64,000 nucleotides of DNA, taken from NCBI GenBank assembly GCA_044230345.1, contig JBGARF010000043.1:1161-65160 (forward strand), in the 5' to 3' direction. The notes under the pieces are model-generated. The model saw nothing but the letters and a program-made list of their open reading frames with translations. It had not been told where the DNA came from and searched no databases. This stretch comes from Limisphaerales bacterium (GTDB lineage: Bacteria > Verrucomicrobiota > Verrucomicrobiia > Limisphaerales > JADJPG01). Below, piece by piece: positions 18,293 through 27,826 of this stretch; the first letter of the stretch is position 1, and every line of letters begins with the position of its first letter. The position numbers were made by a program, and so were the translations under genes.

Positions 18293-21200
18293 TTATGGAG
18301 CGGCAAAATCTCCGGGCCGGAGAGTGCGGGCGAAGACTTCGCTGAGCGTTTGCACGTCGCCCGCAGTAAAGCCAACGCCTTCGGACTCGAAGATTACCTG
18401 CTGGCCATCGGGCGACATCACCGGAAATTGCGAGTCGCCACGGGCGTCGCCCGCCACGCCGATGCTTGCTTCGATGGTCACGCCAACCTGACGGTCGCGC
18501 ACGTAGATGTCCGTCACGAAGACTGAGAGCTGGTTGGGACGCTCGCTGATCCCCAAACCTTGGTAGGTGACATAACGGCCGTCGGCGCTGAGCGACGGGA
18601 AGAGGCAATTGCGACCGAGGTTCGGGTTGGTCAGACCGGCCGGCGGCTGGCTGGCCCAGGTGGTGGTGCCGGTCTGACGGTCGCGCACGTAGATGTCACG
18701 TTGGTTGTTGGTATCCGCGGGATCACCGACGCCGGGGGAAGAGAAGGCAACGAAGCGGCCGTCCGCACTGATTGAGGGGGTCATGCCGCCAAGTGCAGTG
18801 CCATCCGTGGCGACGCTGAGCCGCTCGGTCGTGCCGGCCTGGCGGTCGCGCAGATAAATGTCGTCGCGGCTGTCGGTGTCGGCGGCGACCAGTTGTGCCC
18901 GGGTAAAGAAAACGACGAAGCGGCCATCGGCGCTGAGGCGTGGGCTGTGGTAGAACCCCGAGACGCCTGGAGTTTCCGGCACGCTGACTTCCTCGAATTG
19001 CCCGGTGCTCCGCAGCCACACCAGCACGCGGGGCGAGCCGGGGGTGCCGGTATTGGTGAAGCGATGCTCGGTCGTGACAAACGCGACCACGCTGCCATCC
19101 GCGCTGATCGAACAATCGGAGCCGCCCTGGAGACGCGACGTCAGCTCTGGATGTTCGGTCGGGTCGGTCACGGCGATCGTCGTGCCGGTCTGCCGGTCAC
19201 GGAGGAAGATGTCCGTCGCGCTGTTGCCGTCGTCGGCGACGAGGTTCACCGAGTCCGACGCGAAGACGACCCAACGCCCGTTGCTGCTCAGGCTGCCATG
19301 GCCGACGCGCGCGGCGGAGCCGGCAAAGTTTGGCCCGGCCTGCGCGCCGCTGCTCGCCACATTCACGCGCTCGGTCGTGCCGCTGGCGCGGTCCCGGAGA
19401 AAAAGGTCGGGCGCGTCATTCGAGTCGCCGTCCACGAGGTTGGTGGCCACGGAGTGAAACAGGACGAAGCGGGCGTCGGCGCTCACCGACGTGTTGGCCA
19501 TCAGTTCTTGTGGGGCCGGACCGACGTTCCAGTCGTTGACGATGCTCACGTCGTTGCCGGGGTCCTCGTTCGAGGACTGGCTGATGAGCTCGATGGGTGG
19601 CGATGGTGGCACCTCGATGTTGTCTGAAAACTCCGAGGTGACCGCGGGTCTACCGCCTGTGGCGGCGCGTGTCGCCGTGAAGGTGAACATATCTCCTTCG
19701 ACGGTTGGTCCGGTGGGTAGGGCGAAATCGCCTTCGATGGTCGCGGTCGTTGTGCCGGCGGTGATGGTGCCCTCGCCGTTGTTGGGGTTGCCGCGGCGGC
19801 GATTCTTTTCCGTGCGGTACATCTCCACCCGTGCGCCTGGCTCGGCTTTGCCGCGCAGCGTGCGCGTCGCTTCATCGAAGGTGAGTTGTTCCGGGTAATC
19901 GAGGTCGCCATTCGCCTGCTTGGGCAACGTGTTTCTCGTCACGCCGGGGGGCGCGATGTCGATGCCCGGCGCGAGGTTGTCGGTGAACTGGCTGCCGCTC
20001 ACCTCGCACGCGCCTCCTTTTCCGATGAGGACGCCGGCGCCCAGGTTCTGTTCGAAGGTGCATGTCTCCACCAATGCGCGGGCGGTGTAGGTGTTAGTCG
20101 CAGCTTTGAATTCTGTCGCCAGCTTCACTCCTGGTCCCATCTGTGCGGTGAACGTGCAGTCGCGGGCGGTGGCGTTGGCGCCCGGTTCGACGCTGAGGCC
20201 GCAGATGCCGTTTCGTTCGAACGTCACCCGCTCGACCGTCACGGTGGCTCCGTTCTTGACCACGACACCGGCGCGTTTCATTTGCTCGATCCGGTTGATG
20301 CCTTCGAAAACCGGGGTAACGGGGCCGTAGAACATCATCCCGGCGGCGGTGCCGCGTGCGATGTGGTTGGCCTCCAGGACCGGGCTGCCGTCGTGCGCGA
20401 GGATCGCCGCGCCGCGGCTGTCGGTGAACACATTCTCCTTCACCACCACGGCGGCGTTGATATCCCGCAGGTGCAGCGCGGGAGACGGGTATAAGCCGGA
20501 GAACGCCAGCTTCGTGCCGCCGCATTTTTCGAAGAGGTTGAAGCTGATCTCCATGGGTGCGTCGGCGTTCACGATCATGCCTTGCAGCGTCGCGTTGCGT
20601 ATTTGGTTGCGGGAGAAAGTCGCCGACCCGGTCTGGAGGCTGAACGACACGCCGTTGATGCCGCCGTTCACGACGTTGCTTGTCACGGTGATTGGCTGCG
20701 TGCCGTCGAGGGCGACCAAATGAAGCGAGACCGGCGAGGGCTTTTCCTGCGGGTTGCCTCCGACGACCTGGAAGGCTGGTGGTGTTCGTCCGGTCACCTT
20801 TCCGGAGATGACGTTTTCGCGGATGGCGAAATTGCGCGCCTTCACGATGAGCGCGCCGCAGGTGTTTCCCGCAAATTCGTACGGTCCCGGTCCTTCGACG
20901 GGATCGGTGAGGGTGAGGTCAAGCACGCGGTTGGGGAGCACGTTGCGGAGGATCCATCCATTTTTCGCCCAGAATCTCAGGTCGCCATTCACCAGAGTAT
21001 TCTGCTCGAAGCGCAGATTCGTGCCGCCATTTGCGCTCAGTGCTTCCTCGGAACCAGCCGAGCCGAGCAGCGTGATCGTGCAGTTGCGCACCACTGTCCC
21101 ATCGCCGCCGGCCACTTCGATCGCCGCCAATCCCTCGTTGAACGGCGCGACATTCAGGGTGCACCGTTCGGCCAGGCCGCCGTTCATGTTTGCAAACATC

Positions 21201-21727
21201 AGGCTGCTCCGCTGCGTGAACGAACAGTCCTGCACCGTGCCGCCTTCGACCGTGAGAACAGAGCTCTGCGAATCGCCAATAGTCACCGTCACATCGCGAA
21301 ACGTTAACTTGCGGAAAATCACATCGTCGCCTTGCACGAGGATAGAGTTGAACTGCGAGTTTTCACCGGGTTCGATGATCGCCCGAATCTGGGCCGGACC
21401 GTCCTCTGGCCCGGTGATGGTGAGGTGGTCTTTTCCTGCCGGGATCACCAGCCGGTCGAACAGATTCACGATCAGATTGCGGGCGATGGAAATCGTATCG
21501 CCCGGTTGAGCCAGCTCCAGCTCGCCGCGCAGCGAGTTTGCGATGGGTGGATCGCCTGCATCGTAGTCGAGGCCGTTTGTGACCAAGCGTTGCGCGGCCC
21601 GGGAACAGAGAGCGGGAAGGAGCAAGGCCAGGAGCAGGAGACCGCAAGGGACTTTTCTCCTGACTCGGGGAGTGCGAGGCGTTGCGCGAACGCGGGAGAG
21701 TCGTGATTTTGAGGTCTCTCGTTGCAT
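18293..21727 (-). CDS. Large secreted protein: N-terminal right-handed parallel beta-helix repeats plus C-terminal PD40/TolB-like beta-propeller repeats
   Basis: The signal peptide is RKVPCGLLLLALLLPALCSRAAQ. PbH1-like repeats occur (NCTITLLGS, NTLVNGDL, NVISG, and so on). Repeated motifs include SADGRFVVF...DDIYLRDRQAGTTERLSV, DIFLRDRQTGTTIAVT and DIYVRDRQTGTTTW. Confidence 0.85.
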   Translation of the reverse strand: MQRETSKSRLSRVRATPRTPRVRRKVPCGLLLLALLLPALCSRAAQRLVTNGLDYDAGDPPIANSLRGELELAQPGDTISIARNLIVNLFDRLVIPAGKDHLTITGPEDGPAQIRAIIEPGENSQFNSILVQGDDVIFRKLTFRDVTVTIGDSQSSVLTVEGGTVQDCSFTQRSSLMFANMNGGLAERCTLNVAPFNEGLAAIEVAGGDGTVVRNCTITLLGSAGSEEALSANGGTNLRFEQNTLVNGDLRFWAKNGWILRNVLPNRVLDLTLTDPVEGPGPYEFAGNTCGALIVKARNFAIRENVISGKVTGRTPPAFQVVGGNPQEKPSPVSLHLVALDGTQPITVTSNVVNGGINGVSFSLQTGSATFSRNQIRNATLQGMIVNADAPMEISFNLFEKCGGTKLAFSGLYPSPALHLRDINAAVVVKENVFTDSRGAAILAHDGSPVLEANHIARGTAAGMMFYGPVTPVFEGINRIEQMKRAGVVVKNGATVTVERVTFERNGICGLSVEPGANATARDCTFTAQMGPGVKLATEFKAATNTYTARALVETCTFEQNLGAGVLIGKGGACEVSGSQFTDNLAPGIDIAPPGVTRNTLPKQANGDLDYPEQLTFDEATRTLRGKAEPGARVEMYRTEKNRRRGNPNNGEGTITAGTTTATIEGDFALPTGPTVEGDMFTFTATRAATGGRPAVTSEFSDNIEVPPSPPIELISQSSNEDPGNDVSIVNDWNVGPAPQELMANTSVSADARFVLFHSVATNLVDGDSNDAPDLFLRDRASGTTERVNVASSGAQAGPNFAGSAARVGHGSLSSNGRWVVFASDSVNLVADDGNSATDIFLRDRQTGTTIAVTDPTEHPELTSRLQGGSDCSISADGSVVAFVTTEHRFTNTGTPGSPRVLVWLRSTGQFEEVSVPETPGVSGFYHSPRLSADGRFVVFFTRAQLVAADTDSRDDIYLRDRQAGTTERLSVATDGTALGGMTPSISADGRFVAFSSPGVGDPADTNNQRDIYVRDRQTGTTTWASQPPAGLTNPNLGRNCLFPSLSADGRYVTYQGLGISERPNQLSVFVTDIYVRDRQVGVTIEASIGVAGDARGDSQFPVMSPDGQQVIFESEGVGFTAGDVQTLSEVFARTLRPGDFAAP

Positions 21728-21985
21728 GTTGGCATCGTGTCAGAGCTTGTCTTGCCGTGCAATCGGGTCTTTTGGACGATCGCTGCTCCCGGCCGCCAGA
21801 ATTCGGTGGCGTCGGCAGCGGGCAGGGGAGCGCCTGATGGAGAGTCGCCGAAATCCGCCCGGAACTTCGTCCGTTGTCCGGGGCGGACCGGACCGCCATC
21901 ACGCCAACCGTGTGCTGAGAATGGCAATAAATGATAAGCGGCCAAAAGGAGGAGCGCCGATGCTGACCGGCGTTGGCAGTTCCTC

Positions 21986-24574
21986 ATGGACAATGCACAG
22001 GTCAATGAGCCGGTCTCCGGCGAAAGATTAAGGCCCGCGCCAGGCGCGGGCTTGGTGGAGTCACTCGATCTTCCCTCGGCGCATCTCTCCGCGGCTCGCT
22101 CCGCCTCCGAAACCACCCGCTGCTTTCATTGCGGGACACTTTGTCGAGACGGTCGCTGGGAGCTGGCCGAAAAATCGTTCTGCTGCCAGGGCTGCCGTAC
22201 GGTCTTCGAGATCCTCAGCCAGAACGGGCTGACGGACTTCTATCAGCTGGCGGATACCGCGGGCGTTCGGGTCTCGGGACCGGTGGGCAACGGTCAGTTC
22301 GAGTATCTGGACGAACCGGCGGTGCGGGAGCGGTTGGTTGATTACTCTGATGCTCGGCTGACTCGGGTGACGTTTCATCTGCCAGCGATGCACTGCATCG
22401 CGTGCGTGTGGCTGCTGGAAAATCTGTTTCGGCTCAAGCCTGGAGTGGGTGAGTCGCGGGTGAATTTTCCCCGCAAGGAAGTCGCCATCTCGTTCGATCC
22501 TGGCCGGGTCAAGCTGAGCGAAGTTGCGGGGTTGTTGACGTCGTTGGGCTACGAGCCGGATCTGAAGCTCGTGGATCTCGAAGATCGTCCTGCGCAGATC
22601 TCGCGCCGGCTGTGGTTGCAGCTGGGCCTGGCGGGATTCGGTTTTGGCAACACGATGTTCTTCAGCATCGCGGGCTACTTCGGCCTGGATGCCTTTAGCG
22701 GGCCGACCTTCCGGTCCATGGTGGGTTACCTCAGCCTGCTTCTGGCCCTGCCCGTAGTGGCTTACAGCGCCTTGGACTACTGGCGTTCGGCGTGGGTGAG
22801 TTTGCGGCAGCGGCTGTTGAACATCGATGTGCCGATCGCCGCCGGCATCGCGGCCTTGTTTATCCAGAGCACGCACGATGTCTTGACCGGCGCGGGCGAG
22901 GGTTACTTCGATTCCCTCTGCGGACTCCTGTTCTTTCTGCTGTGCGGCCGGCTGTTTCAACAGAAGACGTATCATCGCCTGGCCTTCGACCGGGACTACA
23001 AAGCGTTCTTCCCGCTCTCGGTCTGCCGGGTGGAGAAAAGCAGTGAGCGTCGGGTTTCGTTGTCGCAACTGGCGGTGGGCGACCGCCTGCGGTTGCGGAA
23101 CGGCGAGCTGATTCCGGCGGATTCGCGGCTGGTCGATGGGCCTGCGCTGATCGACTACAGCTTTGTGACGGGCGAGGCCGAGCCGGTGGAGAAGCAAACG
23201 GGGGATTATCTGTATGCAGGCGGGCGGCAATTGGGCGGAGCGATCGAAGTGGAGACGGTCAAGCCGGTGTCGCAGAGCTATCTGACGTCGCTGTGGAACC
23301 AGGAGGCGTTCCGCAAGGATGAGGCGGGCTCGCTGCAGAATCTGACCAACCAATACAGCCAGCGGTTCACGCGGCTGGTGCTGGCGATCGCGGTGGGGTC
23401 GGCGTTGTTCTGGGCGGTGGTCCGGCCGGCGATTGCGCTCAAGGCGTTCACCTCCGTGCTGATTGTGGCCTGTCCGTGTGCCTTGGCGTTGGCGGCGCCT
23501 TTCGCCTTGGGTGCGGCCCAACGCCTGCTGGCGCGGCGCGACATCTTCCTGAAGAACGCGCAGACCCTGGAAACCCTGGCCCGGGTGGATGCGGTCGTGT
23601 TTGACAAGACGGGGACGTTGACGGCGGCGGGGGCCGGGGAAGTGACTTTTGCGGGGCCGGCGCTTGGGCCAACCGAGGAGCGTTGGATCTACTCGATGAC
23701 GAGACATTCGACGCATCCCTATGCGGTGCGCATCGGTGAACTGCTGGCTCCGCGGCATTTTCCGGAGGCGGTGCGTTCCTTTGTGGAGACGGCTGGATGC
23801 GGGATGGAAGGCAGCGTGGATGGTCACGAAGTCTGGATGGGATCGGCGTCCTGGTTGCAGTCCCGGAACGTGGTCGTTCCGGCGTTTGCTGCGCCCGGCG
23901 GGTCGGGCTCATCGGAAGCAACGCTGGCGGGCAGCGTGGTGCACGTGGCAATTGATGGACGTTATGCCGGCGCCTTTCATCTCTCGAGCGCGTTGCGTCC
24001 CGACACCCATCGGCTGGCGGAAGGCCTGGCCGACGACTGTGAACTGGCGCTGTTGAGCGGCGACAACGATCGGGAACGAGCGCGGTTTGAGGGGTTGTTC
24101 GGCCCCCGGGCAGAACTGCGTTTCAATCAAAGCCCGCTGGACAAACTGGTTTACATCCGTCGCCGGCAGGAAGCGGGCAAGGTGGTCTTGATGGTGGGGG
24201 ACGGCCTGAACGACGCCGGGGCCCTGAAACAGAGCGATGTGGGGGCGGCGGTGGTGGAGATCACCGGCGCGTTCTCGCCGGCCAGCGACGTGATCCTGTC
24301 GGGGGCGCGGGTGGCGCGACTGGATCAGGTGCTGCGGTTCTCGCGCGAGATCGTGCGCGTCATCCGGGCCAGCTTCCTCATCTCGGCCCTTTACAATCTG
24401 GTCGGCATTGCGATTGCGGCCCAGGGGCGGCTGTCGCCGGTGGTGTGTGCGATCCTGATGCCCCTCAGTTCGGTCACGGTGGTGGCGTTTGCCTCGGGCG
24501 TGGCCGCGTGGCGGGCGCGACGAATCCTGCCATCGTGGTCGGTGCCGACGGAGCGCGGAGAATATCATCCATGA
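21986..24574 (+). CDS. ccoI: Heavy-metal (copper) translocating P-type ATPase, cbb3 oxidase maturation type
   Basis: The N-terminal Cys cluster is CFHCGTLC...CCQGCRTVFEIL. P-type motifs are CPC (VACPCAL), DKTGTLT and GDGLNDAGAL. The gene lies directly upstream of ccoS and ccoN. Confidence 0.9.
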   Translation: MDNAQVNEPVSGERLRPAPGAGLVESLDLPSAHLSAARSASETTRCFHCGTLCRDGRWELAEKSFCCQGCRTVFEILSQNGLTDFYQLADTAGVRVSGPVGNGQFEYLDEPAVRERLVDYSDARLTRVTFHLPAMHCIACVWLLENLFRLKPGVGESRVNFPRKEVAISFDPGRVKLSEVAGLLTSLGYEPDLKLVDLEDRPAQISRRLWLQLGLAGFGFGNTMFFSIAGYFGLDAFSGPTFRSMVGYLSLLLALPVVAYSALDYWRSAWVSLRQRLLNIDVPIAAGIAALFIQSTHDVLTGAGEGYFDSLCGLLFFLLCGRLFQQKTYHRLAFDRDYKAFFPLSVCRVEKSSERRVSLSQLAVGDRLRLRNGELIPADSRLVDGPALIDYSFVTGEAEPVEKQTGDYLYAGGRQLGGAIEVETVKPVSQSYLTSLWNQEAFRKDEAGSLQNLTNQYSQRFTRLVLAIAVGSALFWAVVRPAIALKAFTSVLIVACPCALALAAPFALGAAQRLLARRDIFLKNAQTLETLARVDAVVFDKTGTLTAAGAGEVTFAGPALGPTEERWIYSMTRHSTHPYAVRIGELLAPRHFPEAVRSFVETAGCGMEGSVDGHEVWMGSASWLQSRNVVVPAFAAPGGSGSSEATLAGSVVHVAIDGRYAGAFHLSSALRPDTHRLAEGLADDCELALLSGDNDRERARFEGLFGPRAELRFNQSPLDKLVYIRRRQEAGKVVLMVGDGLNDAGALKQSDVGAAVVEITGAFSPASDVILSGARVARLDQVLRFSREIVRVIRASFLISALYNLVGIAIAAQGRLSPVVCAILMPLSSVTVVAFASGVAAWRARRILPSWSVPTERGEYHP

Positions 24575-24795
24575 GCGTCATTTTCCTATTGATCCCCCTG
24601 AGCATTCTGGCGGCCGCTGGATTTCTGGGCGCCTTCATCTGGGCGGTCCGATCGGGCCAGTACGAAGACACCTGCACGCCATCCATGCGGTTGTTGGTGG
24701 AAGAGCGGGGAGGCGTTCAGTGCCCGGCTGCCGTGGTGGTGTCTGATGATGACGTGCGGCGGGCGCCGGGAGCGAATCCGGTGGTGAATGACTGA
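24571..24795 (+). CDS. ccoS: cbb3-type cytochrome oxidase assembly protein CcoS
   Basis: ATG at 24571 overlaps the ccoI stop (ATGA). MSVIFLLIPLSILAAAGFLGAFIWAVRSGQYEDTCTPSMRLL is the typical single-TM CcoS pattern. Confidence 0.8.
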   Translation: MSVIFLLIPLSILAAAGFLGAFIWAVRSGQYEDTCTPSMRLLVEERGGVQCPAAVVVSDDDVRRAPGANPVVND

Positions 24796-24846
24796 CGCCG
24801 GAAAGAAAACTGGGCTGCTGAATTTTTACCCGAACCTCGAATCAAC

Positions 24847-27033
24847 ATGAACCTGGAAACATTCAAATACGACAACCGGATCGTCCGGGCGTTTGCGATC
24901 GCCACCGTCATATGGGGGCTGGTCGGATTCAGCGCCGGGCTGCTCATCGCGTGCCAGCTCTTCTGGCCGGAGTTGAACCTTAATCTGCAGTTCACGACGT
25001 TTGGGCGTCTGCGGCCGCTGCATACGAATGCGGTCATCTTCGCCTTCGTGGGCAACGGCATGTTCATGGGCATCTACTACTCCCTGCAACGGCTCTGCAA
25101 GGCGCGGATGTTCAGCGACACGCTCAGCTGGATCAACTTCTGGGGCTGGCAGGCGATCATCGTGAGCGCCGCCGTGACCCTGCCGCTGGGCCTCACCACC
25201 AGCAAGGAATACGCGGAGCTGGAGTGGCCGATCGACATTGCCATCGCGCTGGTCTGGGTGGTGTTCGCGATCAATCTGTTCGGCACGATCATCAAGCGCC
25301 GCGAGAAACATATCTACGTCGCCATCTGGTTTTACATCTCGACCGTGCTGACGGTGGCGATGTTGCACATCGTGAACTCGATGGAAATGCCGGCGGGTCT
25401 GTTCAAGAGCTACTCGGTTTATGCGGGTGTGCAGGACGCCTTGGTGCAGTGGTGGTACGGCCACAACGCGGTGGCCTTTTACCTGACCACGTCCTATCTG
25501 GGCTTGATGTATTATTTCCTGCCGAAGGCGGCCGAGCGTCCGGTTTTCAGTTATCGCCTGTCGATCATCCATTTCTGGGCGTTGATCTTCATCTACATCT
25601 GGGCGGGCCCGCATCATCTGTTGTATACGGCCCTGCCGGACTGGGCGCAGTCGTTGGGCATGGCCTTTTCCGTCATGCTGGTGGCCCCGAGTTGGGGCGG
25701 CATGTTGAACGGCTTGCTGACCCTGCGGGGCGCGTGGGGCAAGCTGCGCGAGGAGCCGATGCTCAAATTCATGGTGGTGGCAGTGACGGCGTATGGCATG
25801 GCCACGCTGGAAGGGCCGCTGCTGGCGATTAAGTCCGTCAATTCACTGTCGCATTACACCGACTGGACCATCGCGCATGTGCACACCGGCGCGCTGGGTT
25901 GGAACGGATTTCTGACTTTCAGCGTGCTCTACTGGCTGTTCCCGCGCCTCTACAACACCAAGCTCTATTCGGTCAAACTGGCCAACTGGCATTTCTGGGT
26001 CGGCCTGTTGGGCATGATGTTTTACGTGGTGCCGATGTATTGGTCGGGCATCACCCAGGGATTGATGTGGAAGCAGTTCACGCCGGAAGGGTTCATGCAG
26101 TATCCCAACTTCCTGGAGACCGTGCTGCAACTCTTCCCGATGTATCGGCTGCGTGCGATCGGCGGGACGCTCTACATCGTTGGCGCCGTCATCATGGCGT
26201 ATAATCTTTGGCGAACGGCCAAGCAGGGTCAGTTCGTGTCGGACGTGGAGGTGCAGGCGGCGCCGTTGTCGGCGCAGAAGGCGGGGCATGAGGAGCCGCA
26301 TCCGTACAAGCACCGCTGGCTTGAAGCCAAGCCGATGCTGTTGGCGGGGCTTGCGCTGGTCGCGGTCGCGATTGGCGGCCTGGTGGAGTTTGTGCCCATG
26401 TGGGTGATCAAGGAGAACGTTCCGACCATCGCGAGCGTGAAGCCGTATACGCCGCTGGAAGTGATGGGGCGGGACCTTTACATCCGCGAAGGCTGTGTGG
26501 GTTGTCACTCGCAGATGATTCGTCCGTTCCGAAGCGAGACTGAGCGTTACGGGGAGTATTCGAAGGCGGGCGAGTTCGTGAACGATCATCCGTTCCTTTG
26601 GGGCTCGAAACGCACGGGCCCGGATCTGCACCGCATTGGCGGCAAGTATCCGGACGCCTGGCATTTCAATCACATGGACGATCCGCGGACGACGTCGCCG
26701 GGCTCGCTCATGCCGCGCTACTCCTGGCTGCTGACGCAGAAACTCGACACCAACGCGTTGGCGCCGCGCATCGCGGCCCTGCGCAAGGTTGGCGTTCCCT
26801 ATCCCGCCGGCTATGAAAACAGCCAGGCCATGCAGGACCTGACCAGTCAGGCGGCCAAGGTCGTGGTCAACCTGCGCCAGGGCATGATCACGAATGCTCC
26901 GCCCGATACCGAAATCATCGCGCTGATCGCCTATCTGCAGCGCCTCGGCACGGACATCAAGGCGGCCCCGGCCACCCCGGCTGCGCCCGCCAAAACCGCC
27001 CAGCTGCCCGTGGCCGGGCAGGCCAACAATTAA
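24847..27033 (+). CDS. ccoNO: Fused cbb3-type cytochrome c oxidase subunits I and II (CcoN-CcoO)
   Basis: The N-terminal roughly 470 aa form a multi-TM haem-copper oxidase (HNAVAFYLT, WAGPHH, AHVHTGALGW). The C-terminal part carries the CcoO motif REGCVGCHSQMIRPF...GPDLHRIGGKY...H. Confidence 0.95.
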   Translation: MNLETFKYDNRIVRAFAIATVIWGLVGFSAGLLIACQLFWPELNLNLQFTTFGRLRPLHTNAVIFAFVGNGMFMGIYYSLQRLCKARMFSDTLSWINFWGWQAIIVSAAVTLPLGLTTSKEYAELEWPIDIAIALVWVVFAINLFGTIIKRREKHIYVAIWFYISTVLTVAMLHIVNSMEMPAGLFKSYSVYAGVQDALVQWWYGHNAVAFYLTTSYLGLMYYFLPKAAERPVFSYRLSIIHFWALIFIYIWAGPHHLLYTALPDWAQSLGMAFSVMLVAPSWGGMLNGLLTLRGAWGKLREEPMLKFMVVAVTAYGMATLEGPLLAIKSVNSLSHYTDWTIAHVHTGALGWNGFLTFSVLYWLFPRLYNTKLYSVKLANWHFWVGLLGMMFYVVPMYWSGITQGLMWKQFTPEGFMQYPNFLETVLQLFPMYRLRAIGGTLYIVGAVIMAYNLWRTAKQGQFVSDVEVQAAPLSAQKAGHEEPHPYKHRWLEAKPMLLAGLALVAVAIGGLVEFVPMWVIKENVPTIASVKPYTPLEVMGRDLYIREGCVGCHSQMIRPFRSETERYGEYSKAGEFVNDHPFLWGSKRTGPDLHRIGGKYPDAWHFNHMDDPRTTSPGSLMPRYSWLLTQKLDTNALAPRIAALRKVGVPYPAGYENSQAMQDLTSQAAKVVVNLRQGMITNAPPDTEIIALIAYLQRLGTDIKAAPATPAAPAKTAQLPVAGQANN

Positions 27034-27047
27034 CCCACCGATTCACT

Positions 27048-27248
27048 ATGATTAAGAATGTGCTCAGCGACATCGGAGGCGTCGGAGTCTATGGTGTGAT
27101 TTCGATCAGCCTGTTCTTCATCGTCTTCATCGGGGCCCTGATCCGGGTCTGTTTGTTGAAGAAATCCACTGTCCTCGAGGCGAGCTTGTTGCCGCTGGAG
27201 GACGGCATCGCCCCGGCCGTTACGAAAGGAGAATCTCGCCATGAATAA
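27048..27248 (+). CDS. ccoQ: CcoQ/FixQ-like small membrane subunit
   Basis: A 66-aa single-TM protein (GVYGVISISLFFIVFIGALI) sits between ccoNO and ccoP. It overlaps the ccoP start by 8 nt. Confidence 0.6.
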   Translation: MIKNVLSDIGGVGVYGVISISLFFIVFIGALIRVCLLKKSTVLEASLLPLEDGIAPAVTKGESRHE

Positions 27249-27819
27249 TCCTGATCCCAAATTGATGGACCACGAGGCGGACGGAATCCGCGAGCTGGAC
27301 AACCTGCTGCCCAAGTGGTGGGTGTGGCTGTTCCATCTCTGCAATCTCTTTGCCGCTGCCTACCTGCTGTATTACCACGTCTTCAAGATGGGAGATCTGC
27401 AGGCCGCCGAGTACGAGAAGGACCGGGCGGCGGGGGAAAAGTTGAAGACCGAAGCGATCGCCAAGTTCGAGTCGTCGCTGTCATCCCTGACGCCGTCCAA
27501 GGATCCCGCGGTGCTGGCGCAGGGCCAGCAGACGTACACGACCCTATGCGCGCCGTGTCACCGGCCGGACGGCGGCGGGTTGGTGGGGCCGAACCTGTGC
27601 GATGACTATTGGATTCATGGTTCCAACTATGTCGACAACTTGAAGACCATCATCAATGGTGTTCCGGAGAAGGGCATGTTGACCTGGCGCGGCGTGCTCA
27701 AGCCAACCGAGATTCAGGCGGTGGCCAGCTTCATCCACACGCTGCGTGGGACGAAGCCACCCAATCCGAAGCCGCGCGAAGACCAGGCGGGGCCCGAGAA
27801 ACCGAACATCTTCGAGTAA
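27241..27819 (+). CDS. ccoP: cbb3 oxidase subunit III (CcoP), apparently monohaem
   Basis: The FixP N-terminal motif is DHEADGIRELDNLLPKWWVWLF. I see a single CXXCH (CAPCH), plus the motif GVPEKGMLTW. Confidence 0.85.
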   Translation: MNNPDPKLMDHEADGIRELDNLLPKWWVWLFHLCNLFAAAYLLYYHVFKMGDLQAAEYEKDRAAGEKLKTEAIAKFESSLSSLTPSKDPAVLAQGQQTYTTLCAPCHRPDGGGLVGPNLCDDYWIHGSNYVDNLKTIINGVPEKGMLTWRGVLKPTEIQAVASFIHTLRGTKPPNPKPREDQAGPEKPNIFE

Positions 27820-27826
27820 CACGTTT

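Noticed and set aside
21728-21985. FNR/CRP-type TTGAT-N4-ATCAA box upstream of the cco cluster (also checked at 24796-24846)
   Set aside because: No such motif was found by eye in either spacer.
27746-27826. Longer ccoG start at 27746
   Set aside because: It would overlap ccoP by 74 nt in another frame, and its translation (MGRSHPIRSRAKTRRGPRNRTSSS) looks like out-of-frame ccoP sequence. The GTG at 27827 is preferred, although the true start remains uncertain.
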